From: Candidatus Krumholzibacteriia bacterium
GTDB taxonomy: Bacteria > Krumholzibacteriota > Krumholzibacteriia > LZORAL124-64-63
Assembly (NCBI GenBank): GCA_030592845.1
Contig: JAUVII010000002.1
Span: 581-64,580, forward strand
Length of the DNA: 64,000 bases
Reading direction: 5' to 3'
The notes under the pieces are model-generated. The model saw only the letters and a list, made by a program, of their open reading frames with translations, was not told the origin of the DNA and searched no databases. Below are positions 18,421-27,858 of the stretch, in pieces. Each line of letters starts with the position of its first letter. Within the stretch, counting starts at the first letter, position 1. A program made the position numbers and the translations under genes.

Positions 18421-19581
18421 CTAACGCCCTTTCCCTGCGGCCAGGATTTCCACGGCCTCGGCCATCCGGTCCCAGGTATACTTGGCTTTTTCGCGGGTGA
18501 CACCCACGGAAAAATCCCCGGCCCGGTCCTCGGCAAAGAACCGGATGACCGCTGCGGCCAGGGCCGACGGATCATTCGGGGGCACCACAAAACCGGTCTC
18601 GCCATCGAGGACCACTTCCGGCAATCCCCCGACGTCGGTGGTCACCACCGGCAGGTCGTAGTTGTAGGCGATCTGGACGATCCCGCTCTGGGTGGCCGAA
18701 ACGTAGGGCAAAACCGCCAGGTCCGCCGCGAGGAAATAGTCCTCCACAACTTCGTCGGGAACAAAGCCGTCCACAAGCTGGATGATGTCCGCCGCTCCCG
18801 AAGCCTCGATGCGGTCCAGGTAAGGCTGTTTTTCTCCGTAGATGTCCCCCACGATCAACACGCGGACCTCATTGCCGAAGCGGGCCTTCAGGTCGGCGGC
18901 GGCGTCGATCAAATGGACAACGCCCTTGTAGGGTTTGATGAATCCGAAAAACAGAATCAACCGGGCTCCGGCAGGAAGTTCCAAGGCTGCGCGAGCTTCC
19001 GCCATGGTCTTGCGTTCCCGGCCGGGTTTTCCAAAATCGTACACCGGATGTGGAGTGGTGATGACCGTGTCCGGATCCGTGTCCGGCAGCACGGTGAACA
19101 GGTCCTGCCGGACCTGATCGCTCTGGGCAATAAAACCGTGCCCCTGCCTGAGGGCCAAACGTGTCAGGAATCGACCGAAGGGATATTTTTCATGAGGGAT
19201 GACGTTGTCCAGCAGATAGATGATCCGGATGTCCGTCCTGCGCCGCAACAGCCAGGTCACCCCGAAAAAGCCGGGAGCGAAAAAAGGAATCCAGAACTTG
19301 ATGACTACCGCCGCGGGCGCTTTTTGCTTGAGGTCACTGCTGGTGCGCCACCAACTCACCGGAGACCAGGGCACAAAACGGGGAAGGTTGGGATGATCCA
19401 GCCAAGGCGCGGTTTCCCCTTCCTGTTTGCTGCCGGGAAAAAGGAATCCGGGATACTGCCTGCGAAATGAAGACCAGAAAACCTCGTGTCCGCGACCGGT
19501 CAGGATCCGGGCCAGCATACCGAAATAGGTAACGATCCCGCCCCGGAATGGGGGCGCCGGGCCCAGGAAGGCCAGCTTCAC
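18421..19581 (-). CDS. Glycosyltransferase family 4 (GT-B)
   Basis: C-terminal GT1/GT4 block: VLPYVSATQSGIVQIAYNYDLPVVTTDVGGLPEVV. The GTG start overlaps the GT9 stop. Confidence 0.85.
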   Translation of the reverse strand: MKLAFLGPAPPFRGGIVTYFGMLARILTGRGHEVFWSSFRRQYPGFLFPGSKQEGETAPWLDHPNLPRFVPWSPVSWWRTSSDLKQKAPAAVVIKFWIPFFAPGFFGVTWLLRRRTDIRIIYLLDNVIPHEKYPFGRFLTRLALRQGHGFIAQSDQVRQDLFTVLPDTDPDTVITTPHPVYDFGKPGRERKTMAEARAALELPAGARLILFFGFIKPYKGVVHLIDAAADLKARFGNEVRVLIVGDIYGEKQPYLDRIEASGAADIIQLVDGFVPDEVVEDYFLAADLAVLPYVSATQSGIVQIAYNYDLPVVTTDVGGLPEVVLDGETGFVVPPNDPSALAAAVIRFFAEDRAGDFSVGVTREKAKYTWDRMAEAVEILAAGKGR

Positions 19582-20672
19582 GGGGTCCCCAACAGGTCGT
19601 TGACCGCGGCCAGGGCGGCTTCCGGTTTGAGGGTTTCCATGCAGAAGGATTCATTGCGGCAGCGGGGTTGGAAAAAACAGGTGCATTCCTGTTCGGGCGC
19701 CAGGATGCGGCCATTCCCGTAAAGCTCGAATTCATGGGGATTGAAGATATTGTTGAACAGCACCAGCTTTTTCCCCAGACCCAGAGCGATGTGCATGGCC
19801 ATGGTCACGGCGCTGACCACCAGGTCACAGCGATCCATCAGGCCGATGAAGGTCTTCAGGTCAAAATGTCCGGGATAACAGGCCCCCGTGGCATCGGCCA
19901 GGCGCCGATTTTTCGAGTCCTCCCCGGGTCCTCCCAGCAATACCACGCCGTAGCCTGCATTTTGCAGCAATCCGGCAAGCTGCACCCAGTACTTTTCCGG
20001 CCACAGCCGGCTGGTCCAGCGCCCGCCGCAACCGGTGTTCAGGCCAATCGTCGCGCGCCCCGCGGGAAGGTCGAAATCCGGAACCGATTCCGGACGGTCC
20101 AGCACATATGGCTCGCCCTGGAATTCATAACCGCAGATGGAAAAAATTTCCTCGGGATAGCTCAGGGTGCAGGCCTGGTTCACGTCGTCGAACAGACCGG
20201 TCAGGAACTTGGCCTCCGCCGCGGCCGCCATGGCCGGTGTGACACCCTCGGTCACCGGACGGCAGATCCCATCGTCCCCCAGCGTGAACCCCATGCGGCG
20301 GTCCGCCGAAATTTCACGGGCCAGGGCACAGGCCTGCCGGTCCTTGTCCAGATTGATCACCAGATCAAATGGCGTCTGCCGCAGCCAGACCAGGGTCTCG
20401 GTATCCAGCCTTACCGGATCATCCACCACCGCGGGCAGCAAATCCGGAAAATCGGTCACCCAGGTCACCAGATGATCCGGAAATTCCCGCCGCAGGGGAG
20501 ACAATACAGGGGTTGTGCGAATCACGTCTCCGGCGGCCCCGAGTTTGATGATCAGGATTCTTCCTGCGCGCGGGCGGAAATCCTCGCACCCATCGCAATG
20601 CACGCCCTTTTCCTTGTGAGGCAGGCAGGGCACATGACCGCGAAAGTGAAAACATTCGGGGCGGAAATTCAC
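19578..20672 (-). CDS. Glycosyltransferase family 9 (heptosyltransferase-like) with Cys-rich N-terminus
   Basis: ILIIKLGAAGDVIRTTPVL is the GT9 N-terminal signature. The preceding CxxxxxxC...CxxC stretch is an extra. Confidence 0.8.
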   Translation of the reverse strand: MNFRPECFHFRGHVPCLPHKEKGVHCDGCEDFRPRAGRILIIKLGAAGDVIRTTPVLSPLRREFPDHLVTWVTDFPDLLPAVVDDPVRLDTETLVWLRQTPFDLVINLDKDRQACALAREISADRRMGFTLGDDGICRPVTEGVTPAMAAAAEAKFLTGLFDDVNQACTLSYPEEIFSICGYEFQGEPYVLDRPESVPDFDLPAGRATIGLNTGCGGRWTSRLWPEKYWVQLAGLLQNAGYGVVLLGGPGEDSKNRRLADATGACYPGHFDLKTFIGLMDRCDLVVSAVTMAMHIALGLGKKLVLFNNIFNPHEFELYGNGRILAPEQECTCFFQPRCRNESFCMETLKPEAALAAVNDLLGTP

Positions 20673-20701
20673 GTCAGGTATTCCTTTGGCTGCACCACGC
20701 C

Positions 20702-21781
20702 CTACTGGGCGAGACGCTTTTCGATTTTCTGGAGCTCTTCGCGGGCCTGAACATCCAGTCCGCTTGGTAATCCATACTTCAGGGCCATGGTGTAGGCCCC
20801 CTGGGCCTGTTGGTGATTTTCCATCTTCCGGTAAAGCCGGCCCATATGGAAATAGATGATCGCCTCCCGGTCATGGCTACGGGTGTGCTGGAGGGCTTGA
20901 GTAAAGGCGTCGATGGATTCGAAGTTCCGGTCCAACTGATCCAGGGCCTGGCCCCTGAGCATCTGCAACCGGCTTTTCGAAGGGGAATCCAGGCCGTGAT
21001 CTCCACCCAGTAGATCATCGCAAACCGTCAGGGCGGATTCACCCTTGCCGGCCGCGAGCAGTTTCTCCACCCGGACCACTCCCTGAACAATTTCTTCGGG
21101 CAACGGAGCCCGCAATGCAGCCAGTTCCGATTTCAAATCCTCCGCCAGTTCCCGCATGTCCGGTGGCAGATCACCCTTGAGCGCTTCTTCGGCCAGGGAT
21201 TGCGCCCGGGAATAATAGCCCCGGTTGCGGAAAAAACCAGCCAACAGCACCTTGGCCACGGCATCTCCGTCATCTTCGCTTATTGCCGTTTCGCATTCCG
21301 CTTCGGCCTTGAGTCTCTGTCCGGACCCATAGGCCTCCAGGGCCCGGTTGACGTGATAGCTGTAGGCCGCGTGCACCTGGTCCCGTGGCGGGCCCATCAG
21401 ATCGACCGCGAAAGAGCCCTTCTCGTTCCGGGCAGTGATCACCACCATGACCTCTTCACCCTTGCCCCACGGCACGATGACTTCATGACGCATCCTGTCG
21501 GTCTCGTAATAGAGCAGGACTTCCCCTTTGACCCGCAGGACACTCAGGTCGCAATTCATATCCCCGCCGTCGACCATTAGTTTCCAGTTGCGGACCTGGA
21601 TTTCCTCAAATCCCACATGGAACTGAAATGATTCCCGGGGAGTGAGGGTAAAACTCTCGGACGACCACTTTTCCCACACGCCGTTCTGGGCCCAAGCCGC
21701 CGCGGCGGACAGGACAATGGCTATTAATACCGGGACAGCGGTCCGGATCTTGCGGGAAACCCCTTGGTAAGGCCTTATCAT
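20702..21781 (-). CDS. Secreted TPR-repeat protein
   Basis: Signal-like N-terminus (AVPVLIAIVLSAAAAWAQ). The C-terminal half has TPR-like repeats (AIIYFHMGRLYRKMENHQQAQGAYTMALKY). Confidence 0.7.
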   Translation of the reverse strand: MIRPYQGVSRKIRTAVPVLIAIVLSAAAAWAQNGVWEKWSSESFTLTPRESFQFHVGFEEIQVRNWKLMVDGGDMNCDLSVLRVKGEVLLYYETDRMRHEVIVPWGKGEEVMVVITARNEKGSFAVDLMGPPRDQVHAAYSYHVNRALEAYGSGQRLKAEAECETAISEDDGDAVAKVLLAGFFRNRGYYSRAQSLAEEALKGDLPPDMRELAEDLKSELAALRAPLPEEIVQGVVRVEKLLAAGKGESALTVCDDLLGGDHGLDSPSKSRLQMLRGQALDQLDRNFESIDAFTQALQHTRSHDREAIIYFHMGRLYRKMENHQQAQGAYTMALKYGLPSGLDVQAREELQKIEKRLAQ

Positions 21782-21993
21782 GGTGGTCCTTTCAACCGGT
21801 CTCAGATCATTTCAACCGGTTGTTGATCAAATGACCAGGTTAACTATAATCCGTGAAACGATTATTCCGGGGTCCGGTGCAGGGCCCTCGAGAAATCTAC
21901 CGGAAGACCGCCGGGAACTCAAGCCGCCAACTGGGGCTGTGATTCGTTCGCGCGTCAAACTTGAATGCATCCTGCATGACCACCAGGGAGGGA

Positions 21994-23052
21994 ATGATGA
22001 AAACAGGGAACATTCGGAATCGCTTCGGCAGGGCCGCTGCCATGACCGCGGTGGTCGCACTGGTTCTGTTGGGCGGCACTTTGCCCGGTTTCGCCCAGAC
22101 CGCCGAAGGGCACCCCCAGGATCTGGAGATCGAGATCATCAACGCCACCACCGGGGAACCCGGAACCGTGGACAGGATGGTTATCGAATACATTACCGCC
22201 CGCCGGAACAGCGTGGCGGATTTTGAACCCGACGGGTCCGCCTTTACGGCCCATGGAGTTCCGGTCATCAATAATGGCAAGTACATCGTCACCGTCTGGA
22301 AGGATGAGGTGCCCTACTGGTGGAGTAAACGCGGCCGCGAACTTGTGGATGGCCCGGTTGTCCTTCATGTTTTCGACACCGTTTCCAGCCTCGACGGAAT
22401 ATCCATTTCAGGTTTGAACCTGGTGTTGCGCCGTCAGGAATCAATGCTGCGCCTGGAATACATGCTCCATGTCGCCAACCTGGCCAAACCCCAGGTGACG
22501 GCCAACGGTTATCCTTCCACCTTCGAAATTGCCCTGCCGCCAGGAGCCTCGGAAATCGAGGCCGGCTATACGCGCGGACCCGACCCTACTTCCATCGCGG
22601 TAAACTTCTCCAGAAAAACCGCCGGTTTGTCCGTTCCCCTGACTCCGGGCCAGAACCAGATCCGTATCGAAGCCGTTGTTCCCTGGACCGACGGTATGGA
22701 AATCCCCGTGGGATCGAATCTGCCCGTCAATGCCTGGAGTGTCCTGACCTCACCCGTATGGCTGGAAGTCGGTTCGACCGATATCGAGGAAAACGACAGT
22801 GAACAGGTCCAGGGATTCCGCCGCTTTGCCGGTTTCCCCCTGGAAAGCGGCGAAACCGTCACCCTCCGGCTCAACTCCGGTGAACAGGCGGCCGGACCCG
22901 GTGAAGAACTGTTCACCAAGGAAGCCCCCGCGGAAAAGGATGCCTCCACGGAGGCCGATGCCGACGCCAAGGAGGGCGGGTCGCAGCTGCCCTTGATTTT
23001 AATGGGAATTGTGATCATCGTGATCGTTGTCGCGGTTCGCCGCCGCAGGTAA
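21994..23052 (+). CDS. Hypothetical secreted protein with C-terminal TM anchor
   Basis: GGGAGGGA precedes the tandem ATGs at 21994 and 21997. Signal peptide ...LLGGTLPGFAQT. C-terminus LPLILMGIVIIVIVVAVRRRR. Confidence 0.6.
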   Translation: MMKTGNIRNRFGRAAAMTAVVALVLLGGTLPGFAQTAEGHPQDLEIEIINATTGEPGTVDRMVIEYITARRNSVADFEPDGSAFTAHGVPVINNGKYIVTVWKDEVPYWWSKRGRELVDGPVVLHVFDTVSSLDGISISGLNLVLRRQESMLRLEYMLHVANLAKPQVTANGYPSTFEIALPPGASEIEAGYTRGPDPTSIAVNFSRKTAGLSVPLTPGQNQIRIEAVVPWTDGMEIPVGSNLPVNAWSVLTSPVWLEVGSTDIEENDSEQVQGFRRFAGFPLESGETVTLRLNSGEQAAGPGEELFTKEAPAEKDASTEADADAKEGGSQLPLILMGIVIIVIVVAVRRRR

Positions 23053-23107
23053 TGACCCAATTTTCGAGCCGGGGAACTCCCTGTTCCCGGCCGCACAAGG
23101 AGATTCC

Positions 23108-23956
23108 ATGTCCGGAACCATCGACCTGACCCTTGGCCACAGCCCCGACCCCGACGACGCCTTCATGTTCTACGCCCTGGCCAAGGACAAGATGGATACC
23201 GGACCCTACCGTTTTACCCATGTCATGGAAGACATCCAGACCCTCAACGAACGGGCTACCCGGGGGGAATTGGACATCACCGCCATCAGTGTCCACGCCT
23301 ACGCCTTTGTCCTCGACAAATACGCCCTGCTGCCGGCCGGGGCGAGCATGGGCTTCGGCTACGGCCCCATGGTAGTGGCGAAGGAAAAGATCGCTCCGGC
23401 GGATCTGGCCGGAACGACCATCGCCATCCCCGGCAAGATGACCTCGGCCTATCTCGAACTGCAGCTGGCCATCGGCAAATTCGAGGCCGTCCATGTACCC
23501 TTCGACGAGATCATCCCCCGGGTCGTCAGCGGAGAGTTTCCCGCCGGTCTGATCATTCACGAGGGCCAACTCACCTACCGGGACGCCGGACTCGAAGAGT
23601 GCATCAACCTGGGACGGTGGTGGTGGGAAACCACCGGGCGCAAGGACTGGCCCCTGCCACTGGGCGCCAACGCCATCCACAAGAAACATGGCGACAAGAT
23701 GAAGGACATCAGCGACATCCTGACCGGAAGTATTAAGTACAGCCTTGAGAACCGGCAGGCGGCCCTGGACTATGCCCTGGGTTGGGCCCGCGACATGGGC
23801 ATGGACCTGGCCGATGAATTCGTGGGTATGTACGTCAACGACTGGACCCTGGACTATGGCGAACGGGGCCGGGCGTCCATCAGGGAATTATTGAACCGGG
23901 GCCACGCTGCGGGATTGATTCCCGAGGTGAAGGAACTTGAGTTCGTCGAGGGCTGA
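23108..23956 (+). CDS. MqnD-family protein (1,4-dihydroxy-6-naphthoate synthase-like, futalosine menaquinone pathway)
   Basis: LGHSPDPDDAFMFYAL...EDIQTLNERA...IIHEGQLTY is collinear with Thermus MqnD (GHSPCPNDTFIFHAL...EDVETLN...IIHESRFTY). ATG 23108 follows AAGGAG. Confidence 0.75.
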   Translation: MSGTIDLTLGHSPDPDDAFMFYALAKDKMDTGPYRFTHVMEDIQTLNERATRGELDITAISVHAYAFVLDKYALLPAGASMGFGYGPMVVAKEKIAPADLAGTTIAIPGKMTSAYLELQLAIGKFEAVHVPFDEIIPRVVSGEFPAGLIIHEGQLTYRDAGLEECINLGRWWWETTGRKDWPLPLGANAIHKKHGDKMKDISDILTGSIKYSLENRQAALDYALGWARDMGMDLADEFVGMYVNDWTLDYGERGRASIRELLNRGHAAGLIPEVKELEFVEG

Positions 23957-23981
23957 TTGTTCGGCCAGAACTGACTGCGTG

Positions 23982-24011
23982 GGGTGAGGGTTTGAAACCT
24001 CACCCTTTTTT
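23982..24011 (+). terminator. Rho-independent terminator after the mqnD-like gene
   Basis: GGGTGAGG (23982-89), 8-nt loop, CCTCACCC (23998-24005), then TTTTTT. Confidence 0.7.
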
Positions 24012-24159
24012 ATTCGAGAAGCTCCAGCAGGCGGGGCAGGAAGATGATGATCGCCAGGACAATCAACAGCGGCACTACCCAGTTGCGCAGCGGCCTTCGC
24101 TTATGCTCATGATCAATCAGGCGTTTCCTGCGGCCCTCGGGGGGCCCGTCTTCGTTCAT
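24010..24159 (-). CDS. Unannotated 49-aa tail-anchored small membrane protein
   Basis: GGAGGA sits 4 nt before ATG 24159. Translation is MNEDGPPEGRRKRLIDHEHKRRPLRNWVVPLLIVLAIIIFLPRLLELLE, stop TAA. It appears to fall below the size shown in the ORF track. Confidence 0.45.
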   Translation of the reverse strand: MNEDGPPEGRRKRLIDHEHKRRPLRNWVVPLLIVLAIIIFLPRLLELLE

Positions 24160-24244
24160 ACCATCCTCCGGCTCGGAAATACGGGTACTTCAGAATGCCA
24201 GCCGATGGATCTTTTGCCAACAATCGATTCCGATCCGGGAAATG

Positions 24245-24964
24245 TCAGGACACGATGAACCAGTCCAGAGCCATCCCCACCACCCAATGGATGATCACCA
24301 CATACCAGATAGATCCCGTTTGCCGGGCGATCCCGCCGAAGGCAAGCCCCGCGGGAATGGCCGAGGCCGTTTCGGCAAAGGGCCTGCCGAAATGTGCCAC
24401 GACCGACAAGGCGGTCTGGATGATGTTTGCGCTGGCGAAACCGAATTTTTCCTTCAGTCCGAAGAGCAGGATTCCACGAAACAGGAGCTCCCACGCGGTA
24501 TAGTAGATAAATTGGAGGCCCCCATGCCTGGCAAAGGGACCCGCCTGTGAGGTCAAACCGGTATCCAGCGGGTACACGGCCCGGATTTCCGGCTGGGAGG
24601 ATGATAATTTCGCCATCAGGATCGCCACCGGAATTCCGATCGCCAGCCAGATGAGGCCCGTTTTGAACCGGCCGATTCCCAGACCGAGATCCCGGAATCC
24701 CATTCCACATAATGCCCGCGCGCAAAGCAGGGGAATCAGGCCGAGAATCAATCCGGCCGCCAGGTTGTGCCACAGCATGGAAACCGGCTGTCTCGTCATT
24801 TCCACCCAGGTGCGGCTGGCTCCGGTGACACCGATGACATCCGCCCGGGTCCAGTAATAGAACTGGGTCAGGGCGATCATGGCTACCAGAATGATCCAGG
24901 CCGGCCTGCTGTCATGCCCCGCTTTTTTGAAAGCGATGGATCGCACGGTAAACATTCTGCTCAC
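24245..24964 (-). CDS. CPBP-family intramembrane glutamic endopeptidase (CAAX protease/Abi)
   Basis: Motif 1 is WELLFRG. A later SVVAHF His motif is present. Multi-TM protein. Confidence 0.8.
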   Translation of the reverse strand: MSRMFTVRSIAFKKAGHDSRPAWIILVAMIALTQFYYWTRADVIGVTGASRTWVEMTRQPVSMLWHNLAAGLILGLIPLLCARALCGMGFRDLGLGIGRFKTGLIWLAIGIPVAILMAKLSSSQPEIRAVYPLDTGLTSQAGPFARHGGLQFIYYTAWELLFRGILLFGLKEKFGFASANIIQTALSVVAHFGRPFAETASAIPAGLAFGGIARQTGSIWYVVIIHWVVGMALDWFIVS

Positions 24965-25937
24965 CTCCCCCGATTCCCATCAGCCAGTTCAAAGTCTGCG
25001 AAACCCCGACCTTCAGGGACCGGGGCTCGTACCCCAGATGGGCCCTGCTGGTGGAGATGTCAATGGGCCGGTGTTCGAGAAAATTGTTCACCCAGGCAGG
25101 GGTGATACTCACCGAACCGCCGCACCACCCCCACAACGAGCAAAAATGGGCAAAGGGCAAAACCAGCTGGGGAGGAATTTTAACGACCCGGCGTTTGATG
25201 CCGGATATGTCCGAGATCAGAGCGAAGTACTCAGCCATGGATGCGTTTTCCCCACCCAATGCGTAGGCCTCGCCGCGACGGCCATTTTGCGCTGCCAAGG
25301 CGATGCCGACAACCACATCGTCGATGTGGACGTAATTGGCCTGCACATCTCCATCCGCCAGGCGAAACCGAAACCGGCCCGCCAGGTACAAAGCCATCAG
25401 CCTCGTCGTTCCGTTGGCGTCATTCCAGGGCCCCGGTCCATAGATCCGGGAAGGCCGGACAATCACGGCGTCATGGCCGTCGGCCATGTACTTCCGCACC
25501 AGGCCTTCCGCCGCCCGTTTGCTTTCCGCATATGGTGTGGGACGGCGCGACAACCCCCATGCAGTCGCGTACCTTGCGGGCGGCAATGCCGCCACCGAAG
25601 AGACATGGACAACCCGCCGTACCGAATGGCGAGCCGCGGACTTGAGCATCGCCGCGACGGAATCCGTGTTGATCCGGTAATATTCCTTCGGATCCCGCAC
25701 ATAGGCCTGGGCCAGGGCGGCCAGATGCATCACACGGGTGCACCCCGACACCGCCCTGTCCATGGCTTGATGATCTTCCAGGTTGCCTTCCACGATATCC
25801 ACCCGATCCCGCACGGATTTTTCCAAACGACCGGCATCCCTGACGAAAACCCGGATATCCTCCCCCGCGGCCAGCAGATGAGGCACCAGGCGCCCGCCCA
25901 CGAATCCCGTGGCACCGGTTACCAGAATCCTGTTCAT
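24912..25937 (-). CDS. NAD-dependent epimerase/dehydratase (extended SDR)
   Basis: ILVTGATGFVGGRL Rossmann motif and YAESKRAAE (YxxxK). The ATG overlaps the PAP2 stop (ATGA). Confidence 0.85.
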   Translation of the reverse strand: MNRILVTGATGFVGGRLVPHLLAAGEDIRVFVRDAGRLEKSVRDRVDIVEGNLEDHQAMDRAVSGCTRVMHLAALAQAYVRDPKEYYRINTDSVAAMLKSAARHSVRRVVHVSSVAALPPARYATAWGLSRRPTPYAESKRAAEGLVRKYMADGHDAVIVRPSRIYGPGPWNDANGTTRLMALYLAGRFRFRLADGDVQANYVHIDDVVVGIALAAQNGRRGEAYALGGENASMAEYFALISDISGIKRRVVKIPPQLVLPFAHFCSLWGWCGGSVSITPAWVNNFLEHRPIDISTSRAHLGYEPRSLKVGVSQTLNWLMGIGGGEQNVYRAIHRFQKSGA

Positions 25938-26887
25938 GACAATTCCCCCTTGCTGCGTGACCGGTTTCGGTCCGAAAGATTCAAACCCCTTCGGGCAACA
26001 TCCAGAGTGACCGCAACTTTCCCGACGGCAGGCCGGGACATATACAGCGCAACCAGTTTCTGCGTCACGACCGCGGTCGCCACTCCGGCCACCGCGTCGA
26101 TGGCGTAATGATTGTTGGTATAGATTGTGGAAACGACGATGAACCCCGCCCAGACCGAGGCGATCAGCCCCGTGGTCCGGCTGAAATGCCGGCGCACCAG
26201 CAGGGCGGCGGCCACCGATCCCGCGCAGTGGGAACTGGGAAAGGCCGTACCCAGTGAGTCGCCCGCTTCAAAGAAGGCGTTGATGACCGGGCCGAACAGA
26301 CCGCCCACGCCCTGAGCAACTTCACCTGACGCATGTGCCAGATCACGAGGACCCAGGACCGGCAAGGCCAGATAGATCAGGAAACAGACCAGGTAGGTGG
26401 AAATAAGGCCGAAGGTGTGGTATTCGAGGTCCCTCTCCCGTTTCCCGAGGGCCAATGCCACAGGGGGGCCGAGGACCAGCAGATAGTACGACAGGTAGGA
26501 CAAACCCATGATGTTCCGCAACCAGGTCCAGGACAGGAAAGAGGATAAGACCTCGTTCAGGTGGAATCCCAGGAAGGCCAGGTCCATGGCCTTGATGGAT
26601 CCGTCATGAACCAGTGGCAGAGTCAGATTGTACAACCATCCGATCTCCGACCAGGCCAGGGTCCACATGATGTAGGGGTAGATCCGGCCCAGAATTTTCA
26701 GGGGAGGCCGTGTATCGGATCCCACCCGGGGCATTTCCAGGAGAAGATAGGCCAGGCCGACGTGCAGAAACACCATGAACGGGGTCACCGATTCCTGGCC
26801 CGCTCGCATGACCCAGACTCCCGCCAGAATCACGTTGTAGGCCATCAGGAGAATTTCGACCCCCGGTTTATTATTTTTTAAATCCAT
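25934..26887 (-). CDS. PAP2-family membrane phosphatase / phosphotransferase
   Basis: PAP2 motifs PSSH (FPSSHCAG) and NNHYAIDAVAG. Multi-TM protein. ATG 26887 lies 6 nt after GAGGAG and overlaps the upstream gene end. Confidence 0.75.
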   Translation of the reverse strand: MDLKNNKPGVEILLMAYNVILAGVWVMRAGQESVTPFMVFLHVGLAYLLLEMPRVGSDTRPPLKILGRIYPYIMWTLAWSEIGWLYNLTLPLVHDGSIKAMDLAFLGFHLNEVLSSFLSWTWLRNIMGLSYLSYYLLVLGPPVALALGKRERDLEYHTFGLISTYLVCFLIYLALPVLGPRDLAHASGEVAQGVGGLFGPVINAFFEAGDSLGTAFPSSHCAGSVAAALLVRRHFSRTTGLIASVWAGFIVVSTIYTNNHYAIDAVAGVATAVVTQKLVALYMSRPAVGKVAVTLDVARRGLNLSDRNRSRSKGELS

Positions 26888-27858
26888 TGGTTTCTCCTCA
26901 GCCATTCGGCGGTTGCGGCAACCCCCGTATCCAGTGAAAAGCGGGGTCGAAACCCGATTTCCGCCATGGCGGATCCGGGGTCGCAAACCCAACGCGCCTG
27001 GGAGAGTTCACGCACCCGGTCCCGGTTCAGGACCGCTGCCCGGTGCCCCAACCAGGCCACCGCTTCGGCGGCCAGGGCAATGGGACGGGCGGCAGCTACG
27101 GGCACCGCGAACTTCAGGGGCTTGCGCCCCAGGACGTGCCCGATGGCCATTACAAATTCTCCCCAGGTGATGGACCGGGGATTGGCCAGGTTGTAGGTGT
27201 TGCCCACCGCGCCGGGCGTCATGGCCGCCGCGATCAAACCGTCCACCGCATCGGCCGCGTGGACGACGCTGACCTCGCGATCCCAGGGGCCGATGGTCAG
27301 GGCAAACCCCTTGGCCACCATGCTGAACAGCTTCAGGACCACCCGGTCCCGGGGTCCGTATACCGCGGGAAACCGGCAAATCACGGCCGGAACCCGGTTG
27401 GAATAGGCGTGAATCACCGCTTCGGCATGAAGTTTCGACCGACCGTAATGCGACAGGGGGTGAGGCGGCGTATCGGCCGTCAGGGTCCCTCCCGCCGGGG
27501 CCGGACCGACCGCGGCCAACGAGGACATGAACACAACCTTCGGTGGTGAACAGGAGCACCCGGCGGCGGCCTTCAGGATGTTGGCGGTTCCCTGGGTATT
27601 GACTCTGTAGCAATCGTCCGGTGTCCGCGCTTCGGTCAGGGCGGCCAGGTGGTACACCACGTCCGCGCGGCATACGATGTTTTGCAGCGCAGACGTCTCC
27701 CCCAGTCCGCAATCATGAAATTCGATGTCCAGCCCCTTGATCCATCCCCGGTGGGCCCCGGGCCTTTCGATGCAAACGACTTCATCGCCGCGTTCCAGCA
27801 ATTTTTCGACAAGGTGGCTCCCCACGAAGCCGGCACCTCCGGTAACTAGCGAGCGCAT
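26878..27858 (-). CDS. NAD-dependent epimerase/dehydratase (extended SDR)
   Basis: LVTGGAGFVGSHLV and YGRSKLHAE (YxxxK). Confidence 0.85.
   Translation of the reverse strand: MRSLVTGGAGFVGSHLVEKLLERGDEVVCIERPGAHRGWIKGLDIEFHDCGLGETSALQNIVCRADVVYHLAALTEARTPDDCYRVNTQGTANILKAAAGCSCSPPKVVFMSSLAAVGPAPAGGTLTADTPPHPLSHYGRSKLHAEAVIHAYSNRVPAVICRFPAVYGPRDRVVLKLFSMVAKGFALTIGPWDREVSVVHAADAVDGLIAAAMTPGAVGNTYNLANPRSITWGEFVMAIGHVLGRKPLKFAVPVAAARPIALAAEAVAWLGHRAAVLNRDRVRELSQARWVCDPGSAMAEIGFRPRFSLDTGVAATAEWLRRNQWI

Noticed and set aside
23992-24258. 88-aa + strand ORF after the mqnD-like gene
   Set aside because: It starts inside the terminator loop and lies antisense to a better-supported small minus-strand ORF with a strong SD.
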